Shown: in pieces, positions 32,900 to 46,946 of the stretch | Layout: the number at the start of each line of letters is the position of its first letter | Position numbering within the stretch: the first letter of the stretch is position 1 | NCBI GenBank assembly: GCA_965644295.1 | Contig: CBFFRP010000200.1 | Coordinates: 186,001-250,000 of the forward strand | Length of the DNA stretch: 64,000 bases | Direction: 5' to 3' | Source of the DNA: Paraphysomonas bandaiensis | Lineage: Eukaryota > Protista > Chrysophyceae | Program-made: the position numbers and the translations under genes | The notes under the pieces: model-generated | What the model was told of the DNA's origin: nothing | Databases searched by the model: none | What the model saw: the letters and a program-made list of their open reading frames with translations, nothing else

Positions 32900-35800
32900 A
32901 ACACTTCAACTTTTGACGAACATAATAAACTAGAAACACAACAACATCACCGCCTACAGTCCAGTACAATACCATCACCCAAACGGCTCCCAGTATACTC
33001 GGGCTTAATACATAGTCATTAGATGAAATACTCGATATATATCTTACTCACATTGTAAACTTTTCGACAACTCTCACAAAAATTCTCTTTCTCGAAATAA
33101 TTGCTTTCAAGTATATGACTTGTGCCCTTTCGAATCTTTGCAGCCTTGCTATACGCTTCATTCCACTCATTGAGAGGTATCTATAAATATTTTCGTAAAA
33201 CAATTATGTCAACACAAACGTAAAACATACTTGCTTGCTCTTTGCAATCAAAGTCGAATACTCCTTCATATATGTGTGAGAAAGCTAAGATAAAAACGTT
33301 AGCCTCGAATACGATTCGAACGTGAAAATAAACACCTGATACTTGAAGAGATCATTACCACCGTAACAATATATCTGCTCATCGAGGTCATATGCATAAC
33401 CATCTACCAGAGATACTATTCTCTTGGTGTGATGAGCGGAATGAGTTTGTTCCTAGTCGCATGACAATTAAAAATCAATATCTTACATAATTCTACGTAC
33501 TTGGTCAAACTCTTGATTTTCAATAACAAGTTGGACAGCTTTTCTATCACACGACGGAACAAACTTGTCGTTCTACAAAATATTACGGCCAAAATATATA
33601 GACACCTACACATACCTTTTTGCACGTTTCCGGTTTAGTGTATGAGTCGAAAAAAGTGTACAACGTCTTGTGATTCATGAACCAACTGTTAACAGCATCT
33701 CGTCTGCTCTTCATCAATAAATTCTTATTGTATAAGAAAAATCGTACCTAACCCAGTCATTACCCGATCCAAGTGGGCCATCATAAGTGAACTCTCCGGA
33801 CTCGATACGATCTGGCATAACATCACAATAATTTACTCACTAACATATGGTAAAAATTCCACACCAATATCTTGACAGTAAGAACAATGCAGACGTGGCC
33901 TCTTCTCAGTCTCATAACTGACATGAAGCGCAGGGATATACTCGTTGGCACACCCCTGACACCATCAATGACAACGTCACCTACGACTAGAGAACGAATA
34001 TTACCTTGGATATTGACGAAATACCCCTGTGAAAGTTTCGACTAGTAGAACGGAACCCCAATCGAGTCAGAGAATTTTCATACTTAAAATCGCTGTCAGA
34101 TAAACTTTAAGCGAATCATCCAGTGATACTTCGTTCTTACCAGCTCCAATCGGCTCCACCGTCACATCCCTAATAGCAATTCATCAGTAAAAGAGTACTA
34201 TAGCACTTTTCACGGCATACCCAGTCCCACAGTGGGGGCGACTTCTGAACATGATCGAGTAACCCCTTTGGTACTCGACTGGTTTTTTTCGTATCGGTTG
34301 CCCATTTCGAGTTTAGGCACGTGTGATTGAAGGGAATTGCTGTGCGGATGTCACGTCCATCATGCATGCGAGACAGTATTACGGTTTCTAAAGCAGCCTA
34401 TACAAAAAATCAATAACTCATATTCTCAGAGAAACCAAGCACCTGATCAAAGCCGTGACATTGAACATAACCACTCATGGCCACTGCCAGCCAATCAATT
34501 GCAAACGCACGCCCTTCCTCCGAATTTCGATAAAATACAGCGTTGCTGAAAGCAGATCGCATGTTGCCCACCACGACAACTTTATCCTCAGGTACATCTT
34601 CAAGGAATGACTCTAGAGGAAGGTCCAACCACCCTTCAACAAAGTCTTATTACGATAGAGGGAATACTAGAAGGTCAAATTTACACCTGGATTAATGAAC
34701 ATATCGTCATCATTCCAAAATACCCACTCAGAATCAGGATTCTCGAACATTTGGCTCAAAATCATTGGCACTTTGCTCATGACGGCTTGACCATAATGAT
34801 TTTCTCCCAAAGGAGTATCCTAACAATTTGATTAGACAATTCGTGAATATCAACATGGTCCTACCTCAAGAAAACGCGGGCCAAAAAATTGTACATATTG
34901 GTTTGAGAGAATATGGCGATAGCGATATCCATGGCGGTGAGCATAGTACATCTTACTGAGTGTGGAGGGAAGAATATTATCCAGGCTTTCAGCGTCGCCA
35001 TGTGATCCTGATATCATTGTAATTTTCTGTTTCAACGTCGTATACCCACTGCGATGCGCAGGCTTTTCATACGGTCGAGAATCAGTGAGAGAGTGGTAGA
35101 TTCTGGAGCGGGTTGGGGTCTCATATGATAAGTTTCTGTGAGTAATGAGAACAGTTGCAAGAAGTAGAATGTATAATTAACACATGACTCACCCTGTGTT
35201 CCAGCAAAAGTCTAATGGAAAGTCGCTTTTCTCGGCGAATCGGTATCGATTTGGTCCAAGCATCATTTTACGGGGAAACTCCTTCAAAATACTCTGCATG
35301 TTAGCTCGCGCCTTTTCTGTGATGTCGTGACGCAATGAACGGACGGCCTTCTTCCAACCAATTGGTGTGTGTATCGTAGCGCACACATGGCTTGCATACA
35401 CATTCCCATCCCCACAGTGTAATTTAATTGAAGCTTTGTCGTCAGGACCGGAACAGAAACTGGAATGACCACCGTGATCAGAGCCCATCCGAAATTTCGA
35501 GCCGGAGTCCAGTGGTAGGACGCATATATCTGTTGGTGACAGATAACCCACCCCCACTTTTCCTCCCGTGCGCACATTAGCCTCCAGAAGCGTTGGGCGA
35601 GGCTCTAAAAGTGTGAATGTTGGTCGAACTGCGTAATATCTATAGAGATCTAAAAACGTGTTCACCCAACTCTGTACTCCAGGATGACCCAATTTCAAAA
35701 CAAGCAGCATTAGGTCGTGCCAATCCGACACAGATGACAGTTCTCGAGTCTTTTCAAACAAAAGAATCTGCACAGAGTCTGAATCCGAGGACACTTTTGA

Positions 35801-36274
35801 AAATAAACGTGCAAAGCTCGGAGAAAAACGTGGAGAGGAAAGAGATGAGAAAGACAGTGACAACAAGGTTGAATCCTTGTAATCTTTATGACTATCGGTA
35901 ACATCTTTAATAGAACTTAATATTTCGGACACATGTTCATATTTTGGTTGCAAACTCCCAATATTTCTATCAACTGCAGGATCGATAGTGTAGAAGTTAA
36001 CAGCGCTGTTCAATAAGGACTCCATTTCCTTTACAAGATCCCCCCCCATAGCTGCATAGGCCTCTTTACGCATGTATAATTTACACTTAAGAACTTTATT
36101 GCATTCAAGTTCATGTTCTTTCAAGTCTTTCATGAATACAATGGCCTCGTTAGCAGCATCCAGGGATCCGCTGGGGTCATACAGCACATTTATAAGTAGA
36201 ATATGATGAGCGACTGTCATAAGACACAAAGATGCTATCAATATCACACGGAGTGATAGAATGCTACCAGACAT
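32900..36274 (-). CDS. Large multi-exon secretory protein containing a GT34-like (GMA12/MNN10) glycosyltransferase domain; 3' end approximate
   Basis: N-terminal hydrophobic signal/anchor; LSKMYYAHRHGYRY; WVFWNDDDMFINP (DxD); NAVFYRNS..DQ. Several further short exons on the minus strand. Confidence 0.65.
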
Positions 36275-37540
36275 TATGAAAGTGATTATACAGAACGAGA
36301 TAATGAGAGTGGAAGCAAGCAGTGGGAGGTGTGTGAGATATGATGCCTGATCCTCATCTCAGTCTACTGTACATACATATACATATACATCCACACGTAC
36401 ATATACCGTATGTAGGGTATACCTCTTCTGTATATCAGACATTGTCTTCCAATCATACTCCGTTTAGAGCAATCATGTGCTTATTATTGGATATGAGACA
36501 GTTGTAGATTCTCATATTCATCACAGCGTAGCTCATGCTCGCTATAAGATATCAGATAGCTATAAGATATAAGTTGCAACTGTTGTATCAGTGTAATTCT
36601 ATGCATATTGTGCTGCAATGGTGCTGTTTGCTACTGCTAATACAAACAATGTATTGCTATTCTTTACCATTCTCCAGCAGTATTAAAACGATCAAACCTG
36701 TACATCACAGCGAGCAAAGAAGATATCAGATATAGGCTTTAGCAAGCAGAGTGTTATCATACCATTAAATAAATGAACATTTACATGCACAATAGGAACA
36801 GTGTTACATATTGCTTTGTAAGAGTCGATATATTACTATCGTACTGAAGCGTTATTTTTGATAGATTGATTCGAATAATATCCATATAGTATGATATGAA
36901 TGCAATAACACAATCTAAAACAGAATATCTTATTACGTATTTGAGTATGCTCTAATGTTGTACTGAATGCCAGGACTTATTGTAACTGTTATGTTGCCCC
37001 TAACCCTGAATGTAGATAGCTTTCACAGGCAACTATTATTCGAGAGTGGTAAAAGTATGTAGTATTGTATATAACACTATATAGCGTCGTTATTGGAGAA
37101 GCAACATGGGTGTTCTGAAGTTCTGATTTTGTGCAAAATATGAAGAGCGTATGTGCCATAGAGTAATACATTTATCCCTTGAAAGTTATATTAACTTTAT
37201 ACTATAGACTTCACATATAGCTGCATATGATTACTTCTTTGCAAACCTCAAGTTGATGTGAGGTGTGATGATTTTCTACTTAGCGCATACGTAAAAAGTT
37301 TGCTGCAAACTGAACATGCCAAAACTTTCATAGAATCATGTTACAAAAACACTATTTTCTTGACAGTCGTGATCACAGAAGCAGTGATATGCAACAACAG
37401 ATATACATAAATGTTACTTAAACGGTATTTACAAGCATCTTTCGTGTCGTTACACTCTATGAACCTCAACACAAAATATAAACAAGCCCTCCCCTATAAA
37501 TATAAGTGTTGCTTGCAGAGCATTCGTAACTATTTCCGGA

Positions 37541-38256
37541 TCACACTGGACTTGCCTCGATTTCTTGATATGGACATCGCGATACCAATAGTTGATCCAT
37601 AAGGATATTATCTTGTATCCAATACTGTCAAACAATTAAATATGAGAAAAAAAGGTTAAATGTGATACCTGTATCATACTAAGAAAAAACGGCAAAATTA
37701 TTAATGACAAAACTAACTCCAAATCGTCCGACAGAAAAAATTGGGCAAAGAGCCAAGAACTCAACCATCGTAATTCTGACGCCCACACAAGTTCAACGCA
37801 GCTTAGTATTATCTTGCTCAATATTACGGCACTACAAAATACTAACAACTGAGCCAAGTACCACGACGACAGCGCCGGATCTCCATAGTATCCTTGCATC
37901 TCTATACTAGGAATACCATTGTTTCGGGCAGCTCTACTCGCCGCCAATAAAAATGACCATATCAGGAAGATTCCGATACACGTGTCTAACACGTAATTAA
38001 TAACATAAAACGCACACTCATCGCCCTCGTTGTTTGATGTATCGAAATGTGCAAAGAGCCTGGCACTGAAAACATTCCACGCATGAATAAGCAACGACGA
38101 AAACCCTTGCTTTGAAATATCCATGAACCATATTGAAAAAGACCTCCTAGGGGGTTTCTCTATTGACCGTTTGTACACAAGTATAGCATATGCCATCACG
38201 CCAACCATAAACTGCAAAAACAGCGCAAGGCTTCCATCGAGCAAAGAGCACGACAT
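37541..38256 (-). CDS. STIMATE/TMEM110-like membrane protein (2 exons)
   Basis: YKRSIEKPPRRSFSIWFMDISKQ, DECAFYVINYVLDT, GYYGDP; spliced Q|YWIQDNIL. Confidence 0.85.
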
Positions 38257-38604
38257 AGTCAGTGTAACTACTAGAATGCCAACTGAATCCCAGAGAAAGA
38301 CAGCACTAACAGAGTTTTGTTCAGTACTGCATGGATGGACTGTGATAACCTCAATCTATTGCGAACGACTCCTTTACATGCAATCTAACGGCAGCTGCTG
38401 CTGGCCCAAGAACCACACCCACCATATTGGTGACAGCTGCGGCCTTAATCACGTACACATTGTTGCCTATTTTTTACCCATACAGCACCTAGATATCGAG
38501 GATATTTTGAATTGCAACTCCCAAAAATGGCATTTTGAAAGAAATATTGAGATATTTACAGCATCCAGCTGCTTGATATGCAGTCTGGATCTACATATAT
38601 GGCT

Positions 38605-38635
<31 letters not shown>

Positions 38636-38658
38636 CAGCTACAGCATGCCCCACAGCG

Positions 38659-39561
38659 ATGGATAGTAAACCCAAGAAGCCTTGGAGAAAAGACCGAGTT
38701 GCTGTGAAGCAGGAAAGGTTAGAAGCTGATAAAATACTCGGCTGCGGGAGAATTAAGACCCAGCGGTCCACAGCTATGGCGATAGTGTTTTGCTATGAAG
38801 CAGATAACATCATTGATAAGCGGATTAGATCTTTGGACGGATTAGATGGTGCTGATGTATTTGCTGAGGCACAACACGCAGTAGATCGTTTTCGTCAGGC
38901 GGTAACGAATGATTCTTCAGAGTCGGAAGTGGAAAATGCTCGTTGCGCTGCGATGACTGCTCTTCGTGTAGCTGGTCTGGAGTCTGATGTGCGTACTGCC
39001 CTGCATCGGTCGCCACCTGGTAAGTGGCCGGTGATGCACGAAATTGTTCCTCGAGTGTGGTGCGGGGGTTGGGTAGCGCTAAATGATTCGTGTAGATCGC
39101 TTCGACAAAAAGGAATCACCCGCGTAATTTCCGTTGTGTCAGGAGAAAATAAACGTACACTTCCAGCCGACGTTGCTGTGGAGCATATGCATATTCCATG
39201 CCACGATAAGGTTGAGTCTAATCTCCTTCTCTATTTCCCAATGATTGTGAAGTTTATTGAGCGCTCCCTTGATCCCTGCCAAACAGGAGGTGAACAATCC
39301 GTGTATATTCACTGCGGGGCGGGTATTTCTAGGGCACCCACAGCTGTTATTGCATGGCTAATGTACCGGTATAAACTGACTGCTGCTCATGGACTGGCGA
39401 TTGTACGTGGTGCCAGGCCAATGGCAAGGCCTAATATTGGTTTCGTGAAGCAGTTAAAGGAATGGGAGGGAATCTTAAGTTCCAGCTCTTATGATATCAC
39501 TTGTGACAGCGAGGTATCAGATGTTTTGTTAAATGTCATCGCCAAATGTGAAGACGTTTAA
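38659..39561 (+). CDS. Atypical dual-specificity protein phosphatase
   Basis: VYIHCGAGISRAPT, RPMARPNIGFVKQL, upstream HD general-acid loop. Confidence 0.92.
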   Translation: MDSKPKKPWRKDRVAVKQERLEADKILGCGRIKTQRSTAMAIVFCYEADNIIDKRIRSLDGLDGADVFAEAQHAVDRFRQAVTNDSSESEVENARCAAMTALRVAGLESDVRTALHRSPPGKWPVMHEIVPRVWCGGWVALNDSCRSLRQKGITRVISVVSGENKRTLPADVAVEHMHIPCHDKVESNLLLYFPMIVKFIERSLDPCQTGGEQSVYIHCGAGISRAPTAVIAWLMYRYKLTAAHGLAIVRGARPMARPNIGFVKQLKEWEGILSSSSYDITCDSEVSDVLLNVIAKCEDV

Positions 39562-41357
39562 CTATCATTAAAAAATTTGAAGCACACATAGCGAAACATG
39601 CCTGCATAACATGTAACTCTATCGTATCCGAATCACGCTGTGGTTGATGGGAATATATATATGTAGATGTCTATTTTTTGAAAATGTAGTTGATTTGTAT
39701 TATTGTGACTAAGAGTCATTCGAGGATGACGGCCTTCTTGGCAGCCGTGTGTTTATTATTTTGTTCTGTACGTAGCTGCATTATATATTATGAAATTAAC
39801 AAATACCTGTAAGTAAATTACGTATTTAAAATGCATGTGATTCGTTGATTTCAATACACATAACAGTATTACCAGAGAAGTATTCTTATTCCTTGATCGT
39901 GGAACTCTTGATAAATAGAGTTATGCATTGCTCTGGTTAGACTTCTGTCTTAAGTTGGGGATGTCGTATAGATTCATACTGTATTATTATGAATATCAGT
40001 TGCTTCAAAGTAGAAATGCGTATCAGCTATTTACTTTTCTTTTAATTCGACACTGTCAACTGCTATACAGGCCTGCCAGAAATCTAACCACGTTGTTCCT
40101 AGAAGAATATACAACGTAATGATCTATATAGTAATCAAACGTTTACTACTGGGCCACCAGCATCACGAGCTGTATCACGCGAATTGTAAAGTTGGAAAGC
40201 CTAAAGATGTCAAGATAATTGGTCGTTTGAATGGTACTCACATGAAGCAAAGGGACGTACCCTACACCCTGTACTAGTTGCAATACACTATGTATGTGGT
40301 TCTGGATTCAAATTGATATATACAAGATGATTAAATTGAATATATTTGCTTATAAAGTTAGTGTTGGTACTAGTGAGGCATGATACTATATCTAATGCAT
40401 CAAGGATACATCACTAAATTGGAGTAATATTTATTACAGTGCACTGAATATAGTTAAAAGGGTGTAAAGAGGATGACCTGATGGCATCACTTTTATATTC
40501 TATGTCTTGGCAGGTGCTCTGAAGAAGAATATCTCTGAAGCGGCAATATTACAATAGACCAGTGAAGTACTTGAAGTTGATCGGCGTAAACTTACGAAAA
40601 ATATGTACTTTAAGACGTATTCCAATTGAACACATGAAGCTTGTAAGTACTTGCTGTTCTTTGATGGGTAACCTTATATGCTTTGATGCTACCACACAAT
40701 AGGAAATAATCAACAATCTGTACTAGAACAACTGTGAAGAAATCCGACCAAATAATGATATGGGTTAGCAACTTGCATCATGTACAAGCAACAATAAAGT
40801 ATCACTCTGTGCGCTGATCCCTGACAAAATTTACTTTCTTCAGCAGGATAAAGATCCGACACAGACTGTGAAGATGGACATGAATTGGTTGCTGGATACG
40901 TTAGTTCGTCATACCGCTGGACAGGCCCTCCTAGGCCCTCTGTTCTTCTCCACATTGCCTCGCTGATCACCTCCAACCATGTCACCTATCTCCGCTCATG
41001 TTTTTCCTCCACTTCAGAGGCCAATAACACATGCTTTATTTCATATTATTACTGCAATCAATGCTGTGGCCTCAGCGCATATCCTCGTATCATGCTGATC
41101 CTGCATGTACATTATATGATATTGCTTATTTCCCTGAATATTAGCACTTTTCGCTTCTTTCGTCATAAAAATGCAGGTTTATAGCATAAAAAACATCATT
41201 GCTAACAAACTCGATCATTGTCCAATTGGTGTGTATGTATATGAGCAGCGGTGTGTGTGTGTGCTTTATATACGTGTGCGACAGTATCATAGTTGTGGTG
41301 TGGGCTTATTGATCAACGGCGCAGCTGCAGTGTTGTTAATATCAGTCATCATATAGA

Positions 41358-44281
41358 ATGAGGGGCCAATCTGCACCTTCCTACACAGGCCGCTCTAGGA
41401 GGGGGCGATCATCCATAAACTCCGTGACCATTCTACTCACAGCGATGTGAGTGCTTATATACACGTATATATGTGTGTCTGAGTGGTTATTGTCGTACAT
41501 AGGGTCATATTCGCAATATATGTATGTTTCTTCTATGCACCTGCAGTGGAGGTGGGCGCAGAGGTGGGGGCAGAGGTGAGCGCTGAGTTTATGGCCAAGA
41601 CATCTTATGTGTACAACCGTCTGTCCTCTGGACCCTCCCTCAAAGAAAAGGTATGAACACGGAGATGTGTTTGGTCATTAGAGTCATAGTGTTCTGTAGA
41701 TATATGGGATGATACCTAAGCATCCTGTGGAGTTAGATGCCAGTGTATGGAACAATTCAAAGAGTATGGGAAATTCAGGTAGAGAATCAGATAGGGATCT
41801 CCCTGATTGGTCGGAAGAACATCTATCACCGACGAGTATATCTATTAGTTCAGACCCTCTTATAACACTATGTCCTTTGAACTTTAAGGGATACTCACAA
41901 TCGCCACATCTATTTCCCATGTTCAAGGATTTGGTGGGCAGTTCTCGCTGCTCAGGAGGAAGAACGCAACATAAACGTGTTAGTGTAATACGGAAGGAGA
42001 TCCAAGACGCATCTGGAACTCCGGCTGGCCGTGTGGTGTATCCCACTGCATTTTTCTTCCATGAAAGCAGAGTGGGGTCTACTCTGATTGCTAACTTACT
42101 TGGAAGTGATCCCTACAATATGGTGTTTAGCGAATCTGCACCCCCAGCAGAAGTGTTACTGCGATGTGAAGGGTGTAGTCACAAAAGGCAGCTGGAGGTG
42201 TTTCGTCAGGCACTGATGGTGATGGGCCGCAGCCCAGTTCATGAAAGACTGTTTTTCAAGTTCCAGTCTATCACGACTACGAAGATAATGATTGCATTGG
42301 AGGTATGAGGGTCTAGTGTAGATGTATAAGATTGTCCTCATTATGTATTCATATCAATCGTTAGGCATTCCCAGATGTACCTTGGGCTTTTGTGTTCCGT
42401 CAACCAGTGCAGACGATGATGTCTCATCTGGATCCACGGAAAGGAGGGGGTAGGAATGCGCCGTGCATGCGGTCTAGGAGGAAACCGCCAGCGAAGGTAA
42501 GCAACTCTCTCTCTGACAGCGCCCCTGATATCTCCGTTATATTCCAGGTAAAAGATGCCCTAAAACGCGTAGGGGCGTCAGCATCAGCTGATAAAGAGGC
42601 TTGGTAAGTCCATTAGATTACAATATTGCTCTAGATTATAAATGTACAGGTGCGCAGCTCACCTGAACATGCTGTGTGAGCACGCCGTAGAAGCCTACGA
42701 GAAATATGGCGTTTACGATGAGGCGTCTTTGCGGGCAAACTCTCAAGCAGTGCAAGATGGTGTAATTCGAGCTGGCAGGGCTCAGGTAGAAGTGGGAGCA
42801 CAGAGAGGAATTCTTATTGACTACCAGAGCTTGCCTGGTATTATTCCCCGCGTAGTGCTTCCTCTCTTCGGAGTGGAACCATCTGATCAATGGGTGCAGA
42901 ACATGATCACAGAGTCTCAAGAATATTCAAAGGGACGGGGTAAGGGGCCGAAGTCGGGAATATTCAAAGGAGATTCTGCTGACAAAGAGAAGCATGCAAC
43001 GGATGCCATTGAGCAATGGGCTGAAAAGATACTTGCTCCAACCTACGACAAGATGTATGCAACTTTCAGAGGAGTGGTGGAAAAGGAGCTTTCCGAGCCT
43101 ATTCCACGGCAAGAAAATAATGATATTGACTGGAACGCGGTGAAGATAATACCTTCGCGTGGATCACCTAAGTCGGTGTCAACATTTGGACTTCGACGAG
43201 AGACCTCAGCGGCGCGTCTACTCTACAACCCTTTTGAGTCGACCTATAACTCCACTCCCTTTGAGGTAATGTTCGTCGAGCATAGGTTTCGAAAGTATAA
43301 TTACTGTATAATCTGATCTCTGTTTATGTTATTCACTAGTACACAGCATGTCCACCCACACCTGCGCCATCCTATCCCGCGTCGTACCCGATGAAGACTA
43401 TATTGGATCACTGGAATACGGATGATACGACAATACCACCTATGCACTATAGTACGCTCTGCCGGTTTGATTTCCAAACGGAGCAAGAGAAGGCGTTGGC
43501 CTATCGCAATGCGGAGGTCCCATTCATCACTTATAACCATCCAGGTGTGGATGAGGTACGTAGGAAGTGGGCGGACTTTGACTACCTCAATTCACGGGTG
43601 GGACCTAGTACCACATACAGATCTGAGGTATCCAAGGACAACCACTTCATGTACTGGAGAAACGTGAGAGGCTTCACACCCAATGATGGCTCAATATGGA
43701 AACCTCCAACTGGCCATGAATCCTATACCTTTGAGAACTGGCTGACACAGGCAGTTCGTGACCACAACAAAACACTTGACGACCGGGATCATGTATACTT
43801 TAGAGTAAGTTCTTCAGGGCGTCGACACTGGCTTTTTGACGAGCTTCCGTTCTTCAAACCAGAGAAATCGTTATTCATTGTTGAGCCTAGCGAGCAGAGA
43901 GGAATTCACTGTCGTTTCGGGATGCGGTCTGTTATTGCAGAGTGTCACTTTGATGGCAGTCGTAATTTTGTTGCCAGCTTTGGGGGTTTACGAAGGTGGA
44001 TAATTGCTCATCCTAATCAATGCAAGAATTTGGCATTGCTTCCACGAAAGCACCCTTCCGGCAGACACAGTGAGATTGACTGGTCGAAACCTGATTATGA
44101 TAAGTATCCACTTTTTAAGGACGCTCGTGCTTCTGAGATCATCATTAAGCCGGGCGAAGTTCTATATGTACCGACGTTTTGGTTTCACTATATTATATCT
44201 CTTAACATTAACTTCCAGTGTAATACACGATCTGGTGTCAGTCATGAAAATGATAAAGTTATAAGGAAATGTGGGTTTTAA
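41358..44281 (+). CDS. Type II membrane protein: sulfotransferase-like domain fused to JmjC (cupin-like) 2OG/Fe oxygenase
   Basis: Spliced N-terminal anchor VTILLTAMVIFAIYVCFFY. PAPS-binding-like FFFHESRVGSTL and FVFRQPVQTMMS. JmjC HFD..PGEVLYVPTFWFH. No stop or intergenic gap between domains once short introns are removed. Confidence 0.8.
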
Positions 44282-45899
44282 TAAGTGAATAAAGTAGCTA
44301 GCTTGTGAGTTGATTGTGGTATAAAAATATTTTATTTCGGGATGTGATGTCTTGCAATTTGTACCGAATCGTATTCCATATATTTAGTGGACACTAGCAC
44401 AATCGATACAAAATGAGGTAGAGTACTATGCAGCTATGCAGAATCGATCTATATGATAGTTAAAGTCAGCGTAGAGTGCGACTACATCAGTGCAGTTTAT
44501 TGTTTACCTAACTATTCTTTTGTCTAATGTCTGTCTGACTCTTGATGCTCCCAGAATGAGAAGAATAAAGTAGCATGAAAAGCCGAACGAAGTGATGGAG
44601 ATAAAAAGTGCCCTAGCAGCATGAACAATGAAGTGCTAGGATTAATAAATATAATTCTTTCGTGAAAGTACGTTGTGTGCAACAAAGCAAATTGAAGATT
44701 CACGGTAGAGAAAGGTTAATTCAGTGTTTTCTAATACTAGCATGCAAATTTTGGGTGGATTCCGCAAATAAAGTTCTACTTACCATCTAATACTAAAGTT
44801 CGATAACAATAACAAATCCTTCAGTGTAACATCGTTTTGTAAATGACCTTTCTAAAGAGGGCAATATGCAGCATGTCCATAAGGTTACCTAACCTCTTAG
44901 ACCTTCCACCTCTTAGCAATAGACATTCCAATGATAAGAAATGTTGCACAATGTCCGTTCAGGACCTTCTCGAGTTGTACCGTATGTCACTAATAAACAC
45001 AATGTCATCCGTCTAACGCTGATTTCGTGGCTTTCATCTACAGAATAACTTTAATTAGGGTTTCATCTAGGGAATCTTCAAAAATATCCCTTTATAGAGG
45101 AGATTGACCCCTCAATATCAACGGACTCACACCTTTCAGTGGTTTTCTAAGGGATGAGTACCTGAGAGGCTCATTTTATAGACAAAAGAAAATTATTCAT
45201 CCTAATAAACAAGAATGTGTGTTTATACGGTAAACAACTCTGGGCTCTTATGCTGATATGTATAGGTGTGTATGTATACATCTACAGGCTATAGACAATT
45301 AGCCCTTATGGAATGAGTTGATTACAGCATACCAGCATACTTCTTCCTCACTACCTCTACTATGATAGTATCATATGTTCTTCTGAGCTTATGACGTAAC
45401 AGTTGAGCTGTCTTCAGCGCTGACAGGTGTATGTATGTATATGCTATGAGCTTATTATCATACTCTACGCACATACACAGTACCTATAGAGGGTGAAGAT
45501 ATACATGAGGATCGTAGACTATGCATGGATACGCTCCTGTATAGGAAAATACACGGAAATACCGTTCACAGAAGTCCACTTGGAATTCCTACATCCATCT
45601 AGAATTTTTTTCATGTGTCATATTACACACACTCCATACTGGTACTGTAGCTCTATATCACACACTCTGTATGTATGCAGTAGCAGAGTACAGCAGTACA
45701 CTGCTCCGTACACTGTCATAGTAGGTACACTATACAAACTCCACACAATCAGCACGTACAGTACATTCCACTGCAGTCACTGTAAGGAGTTACTGCACTG
45801 TAGCATATAAAACACAGTGTTTATTAGTTTGAACATATCGATCAGAGTTACTCTCTTACGTATAGTACAATATAGTTAATAGCACACTGGATTAGTGAC

Positions 45900-46946
45900 A
45901 TGTCAGCGCCCTATATCAACAGACGGGTCAGAGTAGTGGGTACATCCCAGCCCGAACTCAATAACCAGGAGGGTCGTGCTACGGCTTACAATACAGAAAA
46001 AATGAGGTATACGGTGTTGCTGGACAATGGGCGGTCAGTTGCTCTTAAGCCTGCTAATCTCAGCCCAGCAGGGTCAGAGGACGAAGACAGCGGACACTCT
46101 GGTATGGGAGGAGGATTCCCGGGTATGGGGGGAGGATTCCCAGGTATGTCGGGTATGCCCGACTTAAGTCAACTCCTAAATAATCTTCCGCCATGGTTGA
46201 GGACGATGTTGATGCGTGGCCAGCTACCTAGCATGGGGGATTTAGAACGCCTCTTGCCACCAGGCATTAATATAGTACATATCGGGATCCTAGTCGTGAT
46301 ATTTGTCCTAATGCTGTTCAAATTTGGACTCTTAAAGACAGGGCTACTTTTTGCTGTGTGTGGCTTCGTTGTGCAGGCCGGGTTTGGGGCCTACGTGCAG
46401 AGTGGTGGTGGGGTGGCAGGGATAAAAGCCGCCGGTGTTGCCATCGGAAGGCAGGCCTCTGCGAAGATATTCTCTGTAACCAAACAGCACATCTCTCCTA
46501 ACTTATCTTTGGGAGCTGTGGGGGTGGCTCTCGTTGGAGTTCTATACTACACGTTCCTCACCGGGCAGGCCTCACTGTCTCCATCTTCGTCGGCATACAC
46601 CCGTAGCTACGGTATATCCCCAGCCGATGCGTACGACAGAGGGTATGAGGATGCACTCGCGGGACGCCCGCACAACTACGCTGCCCATATGGATACCAAA
46701 GCTTTTGAATATTCCCCTTCCGCTGCTCCCACTGGTGGTGGAATGTTTAGTGCTATTGGAGGTTTTGGTATTGGCAAGCTGTTTTCGTTAGCGATTCTTG
46801 GAAAGCAGATATATAGTCTTGGATCAGTACCAGGTGGCGGTTGGAATATGAACTTAGCTATGGCAAATTTGGCCAATCAGAGTACGTTGCAAAAAGTATT
46901 TTTGGCATTCATGGTCATGCGCTTGCTGGGTATGTCCCCTATATAA
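45900..46946 (+). CDS. Membrane protein with N-terminal SH3/KOW-like beta-barrel, Gly/Met-rich linker and several TM helices
   Basis: RVRVVG..PELNNQEG..RYTVLL..ALKPANL; GGGFPGM repeats; hydrophobic segments. Confidence 0.7.
   Translation: MSAPYINRRVRVVGTSQPELNNQEGRATAYNTEKMRYTVLLDNGRSVALKPANLSPAGSEDEDSGHSGMGGGFPGMGGGFPGMSGMPDLSQLLNNLPPWLRTMLMRGQLPSMGDLERLLPPGINIVHIGILVVIFVLMLFKFGLLKTGLLFAVCGFVVQAGFGAYVQSGGGVAGIKAAGVAIGRQASAKIFSVTKQHISPNLSLGAVGVALVGVLYYTFLTGQASLSPSSSAYTRSYGISPADAYDRGYEDALAGRPHNYAAHMDTKAFEYSPSAAPTGGGMFSAIGGFGIGKLFSLAILGKQIYSLGSVPGGGWNMNLAMANLANQSTLQKVFLAFMVMRLLGMSPI

Noticed and set aside
40710-40985. Minus-strand 91-aa ORF as a gene
   Set aside because: No recognisable domain or convincing spliced continuation; kept only as a predicted locus to test.
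44500-45300. Possible TE or MITE relic between the JmjC and membrane-protein genes
   Set aside because: Only weak terminal similarity; no TSD or coding remnants found.
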